The position numbers were made by a program, and so were the translations under genes. From an uncultured bacterium (GTDB taxonomy: Bacteria > Desulfobacterota_D > UBA1144 > Nemesobacterales > UBA2774), in contig CAWGRW010000009.1 in the NCBI GenBank assembly GCA_963825135.1, forward strand, positions 832,001 to 896,000: 64,000 bases of DNA, given 5' to 3'. Of this stretch, positions 38,325 through 48,084 are shown piece after piece; position 1 is the first letter of the stretch, and each line of letters opens with the position of its first letter. The notes under the pieces were generated by a model. It was given only the letters and a program-made list of their open reading frames with translations. It was not told the origin of the DNA and searched no databases.

Positions 38325-39680
38325 TCAGGACGGGAAACACTTGCCGAATGCCCTTAATAACCTTATCGGACCCTTAATCCGAATCTTTCCCAAAAGTAGT
38401 GGAATCAGAATCCCGTGCTCCTTTCTAATAAACCCGAGCCAGGCGCCGCTGTCGGCGGAAATACGCAGGTCCGGGACACCTACAAAGTCTCTTTGAATCT
38501 CAACCGCCTTATTCCGAATTACGACCGTTGCCCGGTATTGCTCCTCGCCGGTAAAAGTAAAATGATATGTGGCGTCGAGACCCTCCGCCTTATCCCTTTG
38601 AAATATGAGCTGCAGTCCGTAGAGGAATCCGGGTATCGATTTCGGCCTCAATCCGTTCGATACGGTCTTTGCGGTTTTGTTTGGAAACCTTTTTGCCACA
38701 TGCGCCTCCGCATCCGTGTCAGGGACAACGTAAACCGTCTCCTCTTTCCTCTGAAGGGGCTTCAGGACTTGATCGAGGTACTGTTTCCGGTTCTCAAGGA
38801 AAGGCCCCAAAACGTCCTCCCCGGCGGGGCAGACAGCCATACAGTAAGCGGCCTTATAATTAGCTCCGTAAGAAAGACTCTGCCACATCGAGGCAGACTC
38901 CGAATCGCTGAATTTCCGGCGATAATCTTTCGCGTCCCTGCTGTCCGCGATGCCCTCCGCCCAGCTCGTAAAACCGCTCATGAACTCACGGTAGTTATGC
39001 GTGTAGCAAGCGGAGAAATTAAAGTACCCGTCCGGGGAGATCGCGCCTACAGGACATGCGGCGACACACAATTTGCACTCAAGGCACGGGTTGTATTCGA
39101 TGGGCGTGTCATACGAATCGACTTCAGCGTCCGTGAGTATCGTTCCGAGTAAAATAAAATTGCCGAATCTCGGGTGAATTACGTTTCGATGAATGCCCAT
39201 GCGACCGAGCCCGGCCGCGACGGCCGCGGTCTTGTGAGACACCACCCAGGTCCTTTCCGGGAAGTTGCCCATCTCCATCGGGAAACCCATAGCCGGGTTA
39301 ACCGCCCGGATCCCGTCCTCTTCGAGTATCGACACTATCCTGCGGGCGACTTCGTTGACCTTATCTCCGATATTATGGAATTCGAGATTCGCTACAGAGC
39401 GCGCGGGACTGCGAACCGGCTCGCGGTTCATCTTACATACGATGCTGATAAGGGACCTTGTACGGGGGAAATGACCCAGTATGTCGTCTTTTTCTTTAGC
39501 GAGCTCGGCACAGTCGATTGCGGCGAACCCGGCGTCATCGGCGCCCGCTTCGAGGCACGCATCACGAAGCCGGCCGGCATCCAATCTGCCGTCCGGACTC
39601 AAAATTTTCTTTACGGGTTTAACGCTGCCCCGGCTTCTATAGAAATTAATAACGGCAGGGTGCTCTTCCATTTTCGACAT
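38325..39680 (-). CDS. QueG/reductive-dehalogenase-like 4Fe-4S protein fused to C-terminal SCP2 domain
   Basis: SHKTAAVAAGLGRMG, CLECKLCVAACP, CMAVCP; C-terminal ATYHFTFTG...GKIRIKG SCP2-like. Confidence 0.75.
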   Translation of the reverse strand: MSKMEEHPAVINFYRSRGSVKPVKKILSPDGRLDAGRLRDACLEAGADDAGFAAIDCAELAKEKDDILGHFPRTRSLISIVCKMNREPVRSPARSVANLEFHNIGDKVNEVARRIVSILEEDGIRAVNPAMGFPMEMGNFPERTWVVSHKTAAVAAGLGRMGIHRNVIHPRFGNFILLGTILTDAEVDSYDTPIEYNPCLECKLCVAACPVGAISPDGYFNFSACYTHNYREFMSGFTSWAEGIADSRDAKDYRRKFSDSESASMWQSLSYGANYKAAYCMAVCPAGEDVLGPFLENRKQYLDQVLKPLQRKEETVYVVPDTDAEAHVAKRFPNKTAKTVSNGLRPKSIPGFLYGLQLIFQRDKAEGLDATYHFTFTGEEQYRATVVIRNKAVEIQRDFVGVPDLRISADSGAWLGFIRKEHGILIPLLLGKIRIKGPIRLLRAFGKCFPS

Positions 39681-39717
39681 GCTTGTTTCTCCTTCCCCGA
39701 ACGATTAATTTTTCATT

Positions 39718-39737
39718 AAGGCGTATATACACCTATG
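39718..39737. promoter_or_regulatory. Putative MarR operator (copy 1)
   Basis: AGGCGTATATACACCT near-palindrome; GTATATACACCTA repeated at 40265. Confidence 0.6.
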
Positions 39738-39750
39738 TTTTTAAATTTTT

Positions 39751-40236
39751 TTATATCTCTTGTATTCGATTGACCAGAAGAGATGTCTGTGAAATCATGG
39801 CTGCCCACGCATCCTGACCCATTAGCTTCTTGACCTCGTCCTGCGTTTTCCGCCAGCAGGGAAAAGCCTCGGCAAGCTTCTTACGGCCTTTTTCCGTAAT
39901 ACTGACAATCCGTGTACGGCGGTCATCGCCGTCCCGGGCCTCGATGAGCCCGTTCTTTTCGAGGAGTTCAATATTACGGGCTAACGTCGTGCGGTCGGTG
40001 ACCATTGCTTCCGAGAGCTTTGATAAGGTGATCGGCCCCATCGCATGCGTATGGACGAGCAATACAAATTGCGTAGACCTCAGACCGGTCGACCTCATGC
40101 TGTCGTCGAATAGCTGCGTTACGACCCTGGTCGCCTTGCGCAGATTGAAGCACGTGCATTCCCTGCACTCGGCGAGGGTTCTTAAATCCAGGCCCGGCAA
40201 TGAATTACCCGCTTTGCTCTTATCATCTTTCGTCAC
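39751..40236 (-). CDS. MarR-family transcriptional regulator
   Basis: CTCFNLRKATRVVTQLFD, DRTTLARN, DRRTRIVSITEKG; GTG 40236 after GAGG RBS. Confidence 0.9.
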   Translation of the reverse strand: MTKDDKSKAGNSLPGLDLRTLAECRECTCFNLRKATRVVTQLFDDSMRSTGLRSTQFVLLVHTHAMGPITLSKLSEAMVTDRTTLARNIELLEKNGLIEARDGDDRRTRIVSITEKGRKKLAEAFPCWRKTQDEVKKLMGQDAWAAMISQTSLLVNRIQEI

Positions 40237-40263
40237 GGTTGAATCCTCTGTCGTCACTATAAG

Positions 40264-40292
40264 AGTATATACACCTAATAACAGTATGTCAA
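40264..40292 (-). promoter_or_regulatory. Sigma70 promoter of marR with overlapping operator (copy 2)
   Basis: TTGACA-N17-TATACT; GTATATAC palindrome overlaps the -10. Confidence 0.7.
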
Positions 40293-40411
40293 ACTTTCCC
40301 GTGTTTTTCAAACAGGATTTTACTTAATACGATAGAGGAATATACTATTCGTATGTTCTTCGAAGCAGAGCCCGACGCAGTTGTATCTTCGAGGCTGTCC
40401 GGGAGATAAAA

Positions 40412-41620
40412 ATGTCTGTATTTACAGGGAAAAAGATTATTCTAGGCGTGACCGGCGGTATAGCCGCCTATAAATCCTGCGAGCTCGTAAGGAGCCTCGT
40501 GAAAGAGGACGCTTCCGTACAGGTGATTATGACTCAAAACGCCATGGAGTTCATAACCCCGCTCACCCTCCAGACGCTCTCCGGCAACCGTGTGGCCACG
40601 AAGACATTCGACCTCGGATGGGAATCAGAAATAGGGCACATCAGCCTGGCTGACAGTGCGGACCTGATCGTCGTAGCTCCCGCGACTGCGAGCTTCATAG
40701 GTAAGATAGCGTCCGGCATAGCCGATACGCTTCTTTCGAACGTAATCCTCGCTACGCTTTCGCCCATTATCATATGCCCGGCCATGAACGTGAATATGTA
40801 TAATAACCAGGCAGTTCAGGAGAACCTGGAGAAACTGAGAAATCGCGGGTTTATCATCGTCGAGCCTGCAGAGGGCGGTCTTGCGTGCGGATGGGAGGGA
40901 AAGGGGCGCCTCCCCGACATACCCGATATAATGAACGCGATCGAAAAGGCCCTGTCCCCGAAAGACTTCCGGGGTGAAAGAGTCCTCGTGACCGCGGGCG
41001 CGACCAGGGAGTTCATCGACTCGGTGAGGTTTATCTCTAACCCTTCGAGCGGCAAAATGGGCTATGCCCTGGCAAAAGAGGGTCTCATGCGGGGGGCGGA
41101 AGTGGTGCTCGTCTCCGGCAAAACGAACCTTACGCCTCCCGACGGAGTGAGGGTCGTCGATGTAGTGAGCGCGGGAGACATGTTTGAATCCGTCATGGAG
41201 CACCTCGAATGGTCGACTATCGTCATCAAAGCGGCCGCCGTCGGAGATTATGCCCCTTCAGAAAAAATAAACGGCAAAATCAAAAAAGACGAGAGCGGAA
41301 TGCTACTTAATCTCAGGCGCACAAAGGACATTCTGAAAGCGGTCGGAGAGAGCAAGAACGGCAGGTTCGTGGTAGGGTTCGCCGCCGAGACCGACAATCT
41401 CCTGAAACACGCAAAGGATAAGCTAAAGAGCAAAAACGCGGACCTTTTTATAGCGAACGACGTGTCGATTTCCGGGTCGGGTTTCGAGTCCGATACTAAT
41501 ATTATTCACTTTGTTTACCGTGATGGAAGCACGGAAATGATGCCTCAGGCCGCAAAATCGGAGATAGCCCGGAAGGTGTTCGATAAAATACAGGATTTGA
41601 AGTCTTCTAATGAACGCTGA
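40412..41620 (+). CDS. coaBC: Phosphopantothenoylcysteine decarboxylase/ligase
   Basis: GVTGGIAAYK, PAMN, LACG..GKGRL, SSGKMG, VGFAAET. Confidence 0.97.
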   Translation: MSVFTGKKIILGVTGGIAAYKSCELVRSLVKEDASVQVIMTQNAMEFITPLTLQTLSGNRVATKTFDLGWESEIGHISLADSADLIVVAPATASFIGKIASGIADTLLSNVILATLSPIIICPAMNVNMYNNQAVQENLEKLRNRGFIIVEPAEGGLACGWEGKGRLPDIPDIMNAIEKALSPKDFRGERVLVTAGATREFIDSVRFISNPSSGKMGYALAKEGLMRGAEVVLVSGKTNLTPPDGVRVVDVVSAGDMFESVMEHLEWSTIVIKAAAVGDYAPSEKINGKIKKDESGMLLNLRRTKDILKAVGESKNGRFVVGFAAETDNLLKHAKDKLKSKNADLFIANDVSISGSGFESDTNIIHFVYRDGSTEMMPQAAKSEIARKVFDKIQDLKSSNER

Positions 41621-41984
41621 CAGATTCAATAAGAAAATTTAGTCTGTGCACGATCTCTTCGACAGTGCTGTCCTTCGTTATATATCCGACCGCGCCCATA
41701 TCGAGACATTCGGTGATTTTCTTCATTTCGGAAAGAGCCGTCAGCATGACTACCGGGATGCTTTTAAGCTCGCTATCATTCTTGAGTATTTTTAGAAACT
41801 CCACACCGTTATAGTTAGGCATCACTATGTCGAGCACAATGACATCCGGCCTGAATGCGCTTAATACGGAAAGCGCGGCCTCTCCGTCGGCAGCCGTCTC
41901 CACCGTGTAATTCTTGGTGCTAAGTATTCTGGTGTAGAGGTTCCTCAAGGATTCTTCGTCTTCGATCAACAGAATTTTGGGCAT
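41607..41984 (-). CDS. Single-domain response regulator (CheY-like)
   Basis: LLIEDE, LDIVMP..G, MLTA, YITK. Confidence 0.92.
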   Translation of the reverse strand: MPKILLIEDEESLRNLYTRILSTKNYTVETAADGEAALSVLSAFRPDVIVLDIVMPNYNGVEFLKILKNDSELKSIPVVMLTALSEMKKITECLDMGAVGYITKDSTVEEIVHRLNFLIESVSVH

Positions 41985-42286
41985 TTGTCAGAACCTCGCA
42001 TCAAATAATTTGTCCCGGCCGTCACTCTTTTAGAGAATTGGAGCCGCCGGATAAGCACGGTTTATGCCCGGAAGACCCTGGGGATAAACCGAATTATTAA
42101 CCTCCTACCCGAAAATTATACAGCCAATAAAATTCAAATGTGATTATGTAATTCAAAGGTATCCGGATTGGAACCGTAGCAAGAGGTAAAACTATCCGGC
42201 GGCCACCACTATAACAGCCTAAAATTCAGCAATGACCGCGGATGCTTAAGGGTCAAACTCTCAGCTGTACGATTGAAGGATAAACG

Positions 42287-42583
42287 TTATTCGCCCAAAA
42301 CGGCGTCTTTACACGCCTTGGCCACCCTGAACTTTACGACCTTCTTGGCGGGTATCTTTATTTCAGCGCCGGTGGCAGGATTCCTGCCGATCCTCGCCTT
42401 GCGCTTGGATAGCACTAACTTTCCGATTCCCGGGATCGTGAACTGTTTGCTTCTCTTTGCTTCCTTATAAGCAACGGCTGCTAACTCATCTAATATCTCG
42501 TTTGCAGTTTTCTTGGTGATCCCTGCCAGCTCGGCTATATGGTTTGATAACTGAGATTTTGTCATTGCGCCTTTCTCTGCCAT
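42287..42583 (-). CDS. hup: HU-family DNA-binding protein
   Basis: MTKSQL, PGIGKL, RKARIGRNPATG.EIKIPAKKVVKFR. Confidence 0.93.
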   Translation of the reverse strand: MAEKGAMTKSQLSNHIAELAGITKKTANEILDELAAVAYKEAKRSKQFTIPGIGKLVLSKRKARIGRNPATGAEIKIPAKKVVKFRVAKACKDAVLGE

Positions 42584-42894
42584 CGCCCTCTCCTTTAAAA
42601 CTTGTTTTAGTGTCATCAATACTACAGAAAAGCACAATAAAAATCAATATTTCCAAGAAAAATAGGGGTGATTCCCGCGGGGGCCTCAAAAGGCCCGGAG
42701 AGATGCTTTCCCGTCTCAATCTCTAAAGCGCTGTATTTCGGAACTTCGAGTATCCCACTGCGATCGAATATCCCGACTAAAAATCCCTGCATTCTCTGCG
42801 GGGGACGGAGAATCCGTAGAAATGAACGGCGAGTGCATATGGACACCGATTGAGCCGAGGACTCCGGGAGTGAGCCCTGTCAGCAATACTCGCC

Positions 42895-43455
42895 TCAGAG
42901 AGAACGCTTCCACCAGAAGACTATAAGAACAATCGCGACTACAATCGGTATAACTATCATCCACACGACCTGTTCGACGAACGCCGCGCCGGCAACGCAT
43001 GAGCCGAGTACTATACCCACCAGCATAAACCGCCAGTCGAAATGTACGCCCGCGAGAAAGGTCGTGAGCGCCAGGGCGAGCAGCGATATGAGAGCGAGCT
43101 GATTATAATCTATGCGGCCGGTCCGCCTGAACAAGAAATAAATAAGGAACAGGGCTGCCAGGAGCCCTATCCAGTGAAGCATCTGGACCCGGATGATCCT
43201 CGACATCCCCTCCCCCCTTTGCCTCGCCTTCGACCAGCCCATGTAGATGCTCACGGCCCCGAAAACAGGCGCCATCGCGGCCCAGTACCAGAAGCTCCCG
43301 GCCGGCTTAAAGTTTGTCACGCCTATACCTATGGCCGATAGAGCCATGAGTGTAATGAGTATCGCCTCTTCGGTGTGTATCTTCTTGGCAAAGCTCTTCT
43401 CTCCGGAAGCGGTATCCGGACCGGGCACCGAACCATACGGTTTATCATCGCTCAT
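42895..43455 (-). CDS. Hypothetical integral membrane protein (~6 TM)
   Basis: GGAGG RBS, multiple hydrophobic segments. Confidence 0.8.
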   Translation of the reverse strand: MSDDKPYGSVPGPDTASGEKSFAKKIHTEEAILITLMALSAIGIGVTNFKPAGSFWYWAAMAPVFGAVSIYMGWSKARQRGEGMSRIIRVQMLHWIGLLAALFLIYFLFRRTGRIDYNQLALISLLALALTTFLAGVHFDWRFMLVGIVLGSCVAGAAFVEQVVWMIVIPIVVAIVLIVFWWKRSL

Positions 43456-43725
43456 TGCTCAGCCCTCCTTATCCATTATATCACCCGTCGTACCGGCAGA
43501 CAAAGCCGCGGGCGGATTAGCATCGAACGGGCCTACGCGGAAACAATGACCCTTACGGGCATGAGGGAGCCGGCAATCCGGCATGGTTTGACAGAGGCGG
43601 GGGCATATAGAGCCGCATCAGAGTCTGCGGTATTCAGGACGGAATCGGTCGGGTTTCGCGCCTCTCGTTGTCGAAACAGGCGGGGCTTTATCATTCCTCA
43701 CCGGGAGAGAGCGTGAAGAGTGGGG

Positions 43726-43872
43726 TCAGAAAGCCGGGTTTATAAAGTTGTAATAGATGCCGCCTACGGCCAGGAGCGCGGTCGCCAGGAGCAGCGCGAA
43801 AGCGAGAACGGCAAAAACCGCGTCATAAGAATTCCCCGTGCCTTCCCTTCCGGTATTACCATTTTGAGCCAT
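43726..43872 (-). CDS. Small single-TM protein (48 aa), not in ORF track
   Basis: GGGAGG RBS; MAQNGNTGREGTGNSYDAVFAVLAFALLLATALLAVGGIYYNFINPAF. Confidence 0.6.
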   Translation of the reverse strand: MAQNGNTGREGTGNSYDAVFAVLAFALLLATALLAVGGIYYNFINPAF

Positions 43873-44003
43873 GAATATTACCTCCCGCGAGATGTACGGA
43901 ATAAATATATTATGCCCTTCGAAATTTATGTCAAGAATTCAGAGTAGGGTAATATATCAATGAATCGCGCCTTCACCGGCTGCCGGGCACATACGGGGAA
44001 TGG

Positions 44004-45188
44004 ATGAAAAGAATAATCTTATATACGGGTAAGGGAGGCGTCGGGAAAACAACCGCTGCCGCGGCCACCGCGCTTCTATCTGCAAAGAGGGGGCATAAAA
44101 CACTGGTCATCTCGACCGACCCCGCGCACAGCCTCAGAGACTCCTTCGATATCGACATCGGACCGGAACCGAAAAAAATCATGAAAAACCTGTACGCCCA
44201 GGAAATCGATGTCTTCTATTCCGTCGATAAATACTGGAGCAAGTTAACGGGCTATATACAATCCCTTTTCAACTGGATGAAGGTGGACGACGTCCTGGCC
44301 GAGGAATTCAGCATCTTTCCGGGCATGGAAGAGGTTTCGTGTTTTTTATGGGTCTATAGCCACTTTAAAGAAGGGGATTACGATGTGATCATCGTGGACA
44401 GCGCCCCAACGGGAGAGACCCTGAGACTCCTCTCTCTCCCGGACGTGGCTAGGTGGTGGATAGTCAAGGTCTTTCCGATAGAGAGGAAGCTTCTAAAGGT
44501 GATAAGGCCCGCGGTAAAAGTCGTATCCGACATGCCGCTTCCCGAAGAAGAAACTTATTCCGCAATCGAAGACCTGTTCGAGAAACTGAATTCGATACAC
44601 AAGACGTTCTCGAACCCGGAGATTACGTCGATCAGGCTCGTGCTCAATCTCGAAAAGATGGTCATAAAGGAAACACAAAGGGCCTATACGTACCTGAACC
44701 TCTACGGCTACAACGTGGATACAGTCATAGTGAATAGGGCGATGCCGAAAGAGCTCGATCACCCTTATTTTAGGGAATGGAAGGTGTTCCAGGAAAATTA
44801 CAGGAAGGAAGTCAGGGAGCTTTTCAGCTCGATCCCGATACACGAGGCGCCATTATTCGCAAGGGAGATACTCGGAATTGACGCCCTGTTTAATTTCGGC
44901 GACATGCTCTTCTCCAACAAAGATCCCGTGGATATATTCTACAAGGGGAAACCTTACGAGGTGGTTAAAGAAAAGGGCGTATACAACCTCTTACTAAAAC
45001 TCCCTTTCGTCGGCAAGGAGGAAGTCAAGCTCCACCAGGTGGGCGAGGAGCTCACCGTACAGATCGAGAACCAGAGGAGGAACATCTTCCTTCCAAGCTT
45101 TCTCGCCAAGCTGAACGTGGAGAAGGCAAATCTCGAAGGAGGCATATTGAAGATAAGCTTCGAGAAAAGCGGCAGGCAGAAAAAATAA
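44004..45188 (+). CDS. ArsA/GET3-family ATPase with C-terminal HSP20-like domain
   Basis: GKGGVGKTT, STDPAHSL, PGMEE, DSAPTGETLRLL. Confidence 0.92.
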   Translation: MKRIILYTGKGGVGKTTAAAATALLSAKRGHKTLVISTDPAHSLRDSFDIDIGPEPKKIMKNLYAQEIDVFYSVDKYWSKLTGYIQSLFNWMKVDDVLAEEFSIFPGMEEVSCFLWVYSHFKEGDYDVIIVDSAPTGETLRLLSLPDVARWWIVKVFPIERKLLKVIRPAVKVVSDMPLPEEETYSAIEDLFEKLNSIHKTFSNPEITSIRLVLNLEKMVIKETQRAYTYLNLYGYNVDTVIVNRAMPKELDHPYFREWKVFQENYRKEVRELFSSIPIHEAPLFAREILGIDALFNFGDMLFSNKDPVDIFYKGKPYEVVKEKGVYNLLLKLPFVGKEEVKLHQVGEELTVQIENQRRNIFLPSFLAKLNVEKANLEGGILKISFEKSGRQKK

Positions 45189-45269
45189 GCGCACATTACG
45201 GGGCATTCCCCAAAACACCCATTTGGACTATAATTATCTTCAATGACACGCTCTGAATACAAAACGGGT

Positions 45270-45309
45270 TTAACGGTAAATTAACGTGAAATTCAACACT
45301 GCTTAACAC
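45270..45309 (+). promoter_or_regulatory. Pho-box-like 11-bp direct repeats
   Basis: TTAAC at 45270, 45281, 45303 and TTCAA at 45292. Confidence 0.6.
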
Positions 45310-45330
45310 ATCGTAATTATTATATTAATC

Positions 45331-46065
45331 ATGGGAATACAGCTGAGCGATATAACCATTGTCCTTCCAACGAGAAACGAGTCCCGCAACATACGCAATT
45401 TTTTAAACTCAATACCTTACAATGTCAACCTTGTAGTTGTGGATGCGAGCGAGGATGCGACGGCGGATATTGTTTCCTCCGTCCGTCCCGATTATACTAA
45501 AGTAATCAGGCATCCCGGAACAGTCACAGAAGCGCGGCGGATAGGCGCAGACGTTGCAACTACGTCGTGGCTGCTGTTTACAGACGCGGATATAGTGTTT
45601 TCTCGCGAATACTTCAGGAACATCGAGAACCTCGAAGAATACGACCTGATATACGGACCCAAGCTTTCCCTCGACCGTTTCCGCGCCTATTATCAATGGT
45701 TCGCATACGGGCAGCGTCTCATACACGCGCTTGGCGTGCCCGCCGCCTCGGGTTCAAATTGCATCATCGGGAAGGGGGTGTATGAGAGATCCGGGGGGTT
45801 CGACACCGGGCTCACATGCAATGAGGATTCCGAGCTTGCCTGGCGGATAGGCCGCATGGGATATAAGTCTTATTTTACCTTCGATCTGGTTGTATACGCC
45901 GGAGACCACAGACGGCTTGAGAGGGGCATCATAAGAAAGACGCTCCACTCGATTACGAGATGCACGGCTTTATATTTCAACCTGATCCCCGACGAGTGGA
46001 AGAGCAGCGACTGGGGCTATTGGTCACACATGGATACGAACCGGGAATTACGAAATGGAAACTGA
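45331..46065 (+). CDS. Glycosyltransferase family 2
   Basis: IVLPTRNE, LLFTDAD, GGFD...NED. Confidence 0.9.
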   Translation: MGIQLSDITIVLPTRNESRNIRNFLNSIPYNVNLVVVDASEDATADIVSSVRPDYTKVIRHPGTVTEARRIGADVATTSWLLFTDADIVFSREYFRNIENLEEYDLIYGPKLSLDRFRAYYQWFAYGQRLIHALGVPAASGSNCIIGKGVYERSGGFDTGLTCNEDSELAWRIGRMGYKSYFTFDLVVYAGDHRRLERGIIRKTLHSITRCTALYFNLIPDEWKSSDWGYWSHMDTNRELRNGN

Positions 46066-46693
46066 AAAAAAACTTTACCAGCAGACCTCGGACCCGATTA
46101 TTATTCCGCTTGACTGGCGTGACAAGTCGGCGCGTATAATCTCGAATCTATTTAGTCCTCCCCTGATAGCTCTTGCATGTATAGTCGTAACCGCACTGGC
46201 TACCAAGAGCGAATCCTCTCTTTTCTGGATACTGATATTTATCGCCCTGCTGATTATCCCCCCTACAGTGTTCGTGCTTACGCTCGTGCACAGGGGAAAG
46301 GTAAGCGATTTCCACATGAACATAAGGGAGGAACGTGCGCACCCGTTGTTCATCATACTGTCCTATGCCGCACTGGTTTTCTTCGTAATGTATATAGGAG
46401 GAGCGCCGAGACTCATGCTTATCGTTACCGCCGTGGCCCTCTTTCAAATACTTCTCGTATTCATCATAACGCTCAAATGGAAAATAAGCGGTCACTGCAC
46501 CTCTGCTGCCGGGCTCGCCTTCCTGACGGTAGCGCTGTACGGAGAAAGCGTTCTTCCCCTCACGCTCATAGTGCCGATAATTGCCTGGTCCCGCATCCGT
46601 CTCGGCAGGCATACGATTTCACAGACGCTTGCCGGCAGTTTCCTCGGAGCGGCTACCGTATTAATCGTTCTATACCTGACAAACGTGCTTTGA
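46055..46693 (+). CDS. PAP2-superfamily membrane phosphatase-like protein
   Basis: KISGH and WSRIRLGRHT motifs, several TM. Confidence 0.75.
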   Translation: METEKKLYQQTSDPIIIPLDWRDKSARIISNLFSPPLIALACIVVTALATKSESSLFWILIFIALLIIPPTVFVLTLVHRGKVSDFHMNIREERAHPLFIILSYAALVFFVMYIGGAPRLMLIVTAVALFQILLVFIITLKWKISGHCTSAAGLAFLTVALYGESVLPLTLIVPIIAWSRIRLGRHTISQTLAGSFLGAATVLIVLYLTNVL

Positions 46694-46736
46694 GTCCGGC
46701 AGCGGTTTCAAACGAATTATGGGGACTGGAAATAGA

Positions 46737-47723
46737 ATGAAAATCATGCTCGTCACGGATGCTTGGCATCCACAGGTAAACGGCGTCGTACATACATGGA
46801 GCTATATAACGAACATTATCGGTAGCGACCACGATGTGACCGTCCTGAATCCATATGTGGAAGGTGCCGAGCACCTGCCTCTCAAGCTGCAGGGAAACAT
46901 CCCCATCTTGAAAAACGCGAATCAAATCGTCAGCAGGTATTATGACGAGCACCTGCCCGACAGAGTGCATATCGCAACCGAGGGGAGCCTGGGCTTTGCT
47001 ATGAGGCAGTTCTGCAGGAAAAACAAAATCAATTACAATACGTCTTATCATACGAGGCTTGCGGACTACGGACGGGTACTTTACGGAGTGCCGACGTTTC
47101 TCACCTGGTTATACGTGAGGTGGTTCCACAAATGCAGCAGAAAAGTCCTCGTTACAACCAAAAGCATAGCCAGGCAGCTCGGTCTCAGTAACTGCATAGT
47201 CTGGGGGCGCGGGGTGGATACCCGGCTCTTCAACCCGGGAGACGGAAGAAAGACCACGGGCGAAAAAACGATCATCACCGTGGCGAGGGTGAGCAAGGAT
47301 AAGAACCTCGACGACTTCTGCAGGGTGCCCGGATACAGGAAAATTGTGGTCGGCGACGGACCATACCTGAACACCCTGAAAACCAAGTACCCTGATGTCG
47401 AATTCGCCGGGTACATTCCCCACAACCGATTGAAGGACATATATACAGAGGCGCAGGTATTCGTATTCCCGAGCAAGTTCGACACATTCGGACTCGTAAT
47501 ACTCGAGGCGATGGCCTGCGGGCTTCCCGTTGTCGGGTACAACGTCCCGAGCCCGAAAGATATTATCCAGGACGGCGTCACGGGATACCTGGGAGACGGT
47601 CTCGAAGAGAACGTCGAAAGGGCCTTTGGTAATCTGGACGACTTATCGCGCAACGCGATCGAATACGCCCGCAAACAGAGCTGGACATCGATTGCCGACC
47701 AATTCATAAATCATCTCATGTGA
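46737..47723 (+). CDS. GT4 glycosyltransferase (Agt/glycolipid-synthase-like)
   Basis: VTDAWHPQVNGVV, HIATEG, SYHT, WGRGVD, FPSKFDTFGLVILEAMACG. Confidence 0.88.
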   Translation: MKIMLVTDAWHPQVNGVVHTWSYITNIIGSDHDVTVLNPYVEGAEHLPLKLQGNIPILKNANQIVSRYYDEHLPDRVHIATEGSLGFAMRQFCRKNKINYNTSYHTRLADYGRVLYGVPTFLTWLYVRWFHKCSRKVLVTTKSIARQLGLSNCIVWGRGVDTRLFNPGDGRKTTGEKTIITVARVSKDKNLDDFCRVPGYRKIVVGDGPYLNTLKTKYPDVEFAGYIPHNRLKDIYTEAQVFVFPSKFDTFGLVILEAMACGLPVVGYNVPSPKDIIQDGVTGYLGDGLEENVERAFGNLDDLSRNAIEYARKQSWTSIADQFINHLM

Positions 47724-47856
47724 CCTCAATTAATTTTCTCCACGGCCCGCCGCCGGATCAATCCCCGGCAGAAACAAGGTTATATTGAAAAGCGGGTTCA
47801 CTGCCTCTTAACCGGCAAATAAAGATATCTTAATAATAGGGCACTAGAATGTTTTT

Positions 47857-47941
47857 ATCTGCTATTTGATTGCCCGCCTCTCTCACCGGGCACTCTAAAA
47901 GCTCAGGGCGAGTCCCGGCCCGCGGGAACTCGCCCTTTTTT
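47857..47941 (+). ncRNA. Candidate small RNA (two hairpins, CU-rich loop)
   Basis: 11-bp repeats plus TAGAAT upstream; TGCCCG-CCTCTCTCAC-CGGGCA hairpin, then terminator. Confidence 0.35.
47905..47941 (+). terminator. Intrinsic terminator
   Basis: AGGGCGAGT...ACTCGCCCT followed by a T run. Confidence 0.8.
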
Positions 47942-48012
47942 CTGCGAGTCGACCAATTACGTTACGATCTATTTGTAATACGGCGTTAATACGAGATTAG
48001 GGGCCATACGTC

Positions 48013-48041
48013 TTAACACAGTCTTCACACAACCTTAACAA
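48013..48041 (+). promoter_or_regulatory. Pho-box-like 11-bp direct repeats
   Basis: TTAACA 48013, TTCACA 48024, TTAACA 48035. Confidence 0.65.
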
Positions 48042-48084
48042 TTATAATATAGTCTCAAGCTTACCAGCATGTGGGAGGGGTAAA

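Noticed and set aside
31135..40311. tRNA-anchored genomic island
   Set aside because: Accessory-looking genes, but no integrase and no duplicated tRNA 3' end seen
42590..43720. GC-rich intergenic stretches around the membrane-protein gene as possible riboswitch/ribozyme
   Set aside because: Only short local hairpins; no recognisable aptamer or ribozyme core
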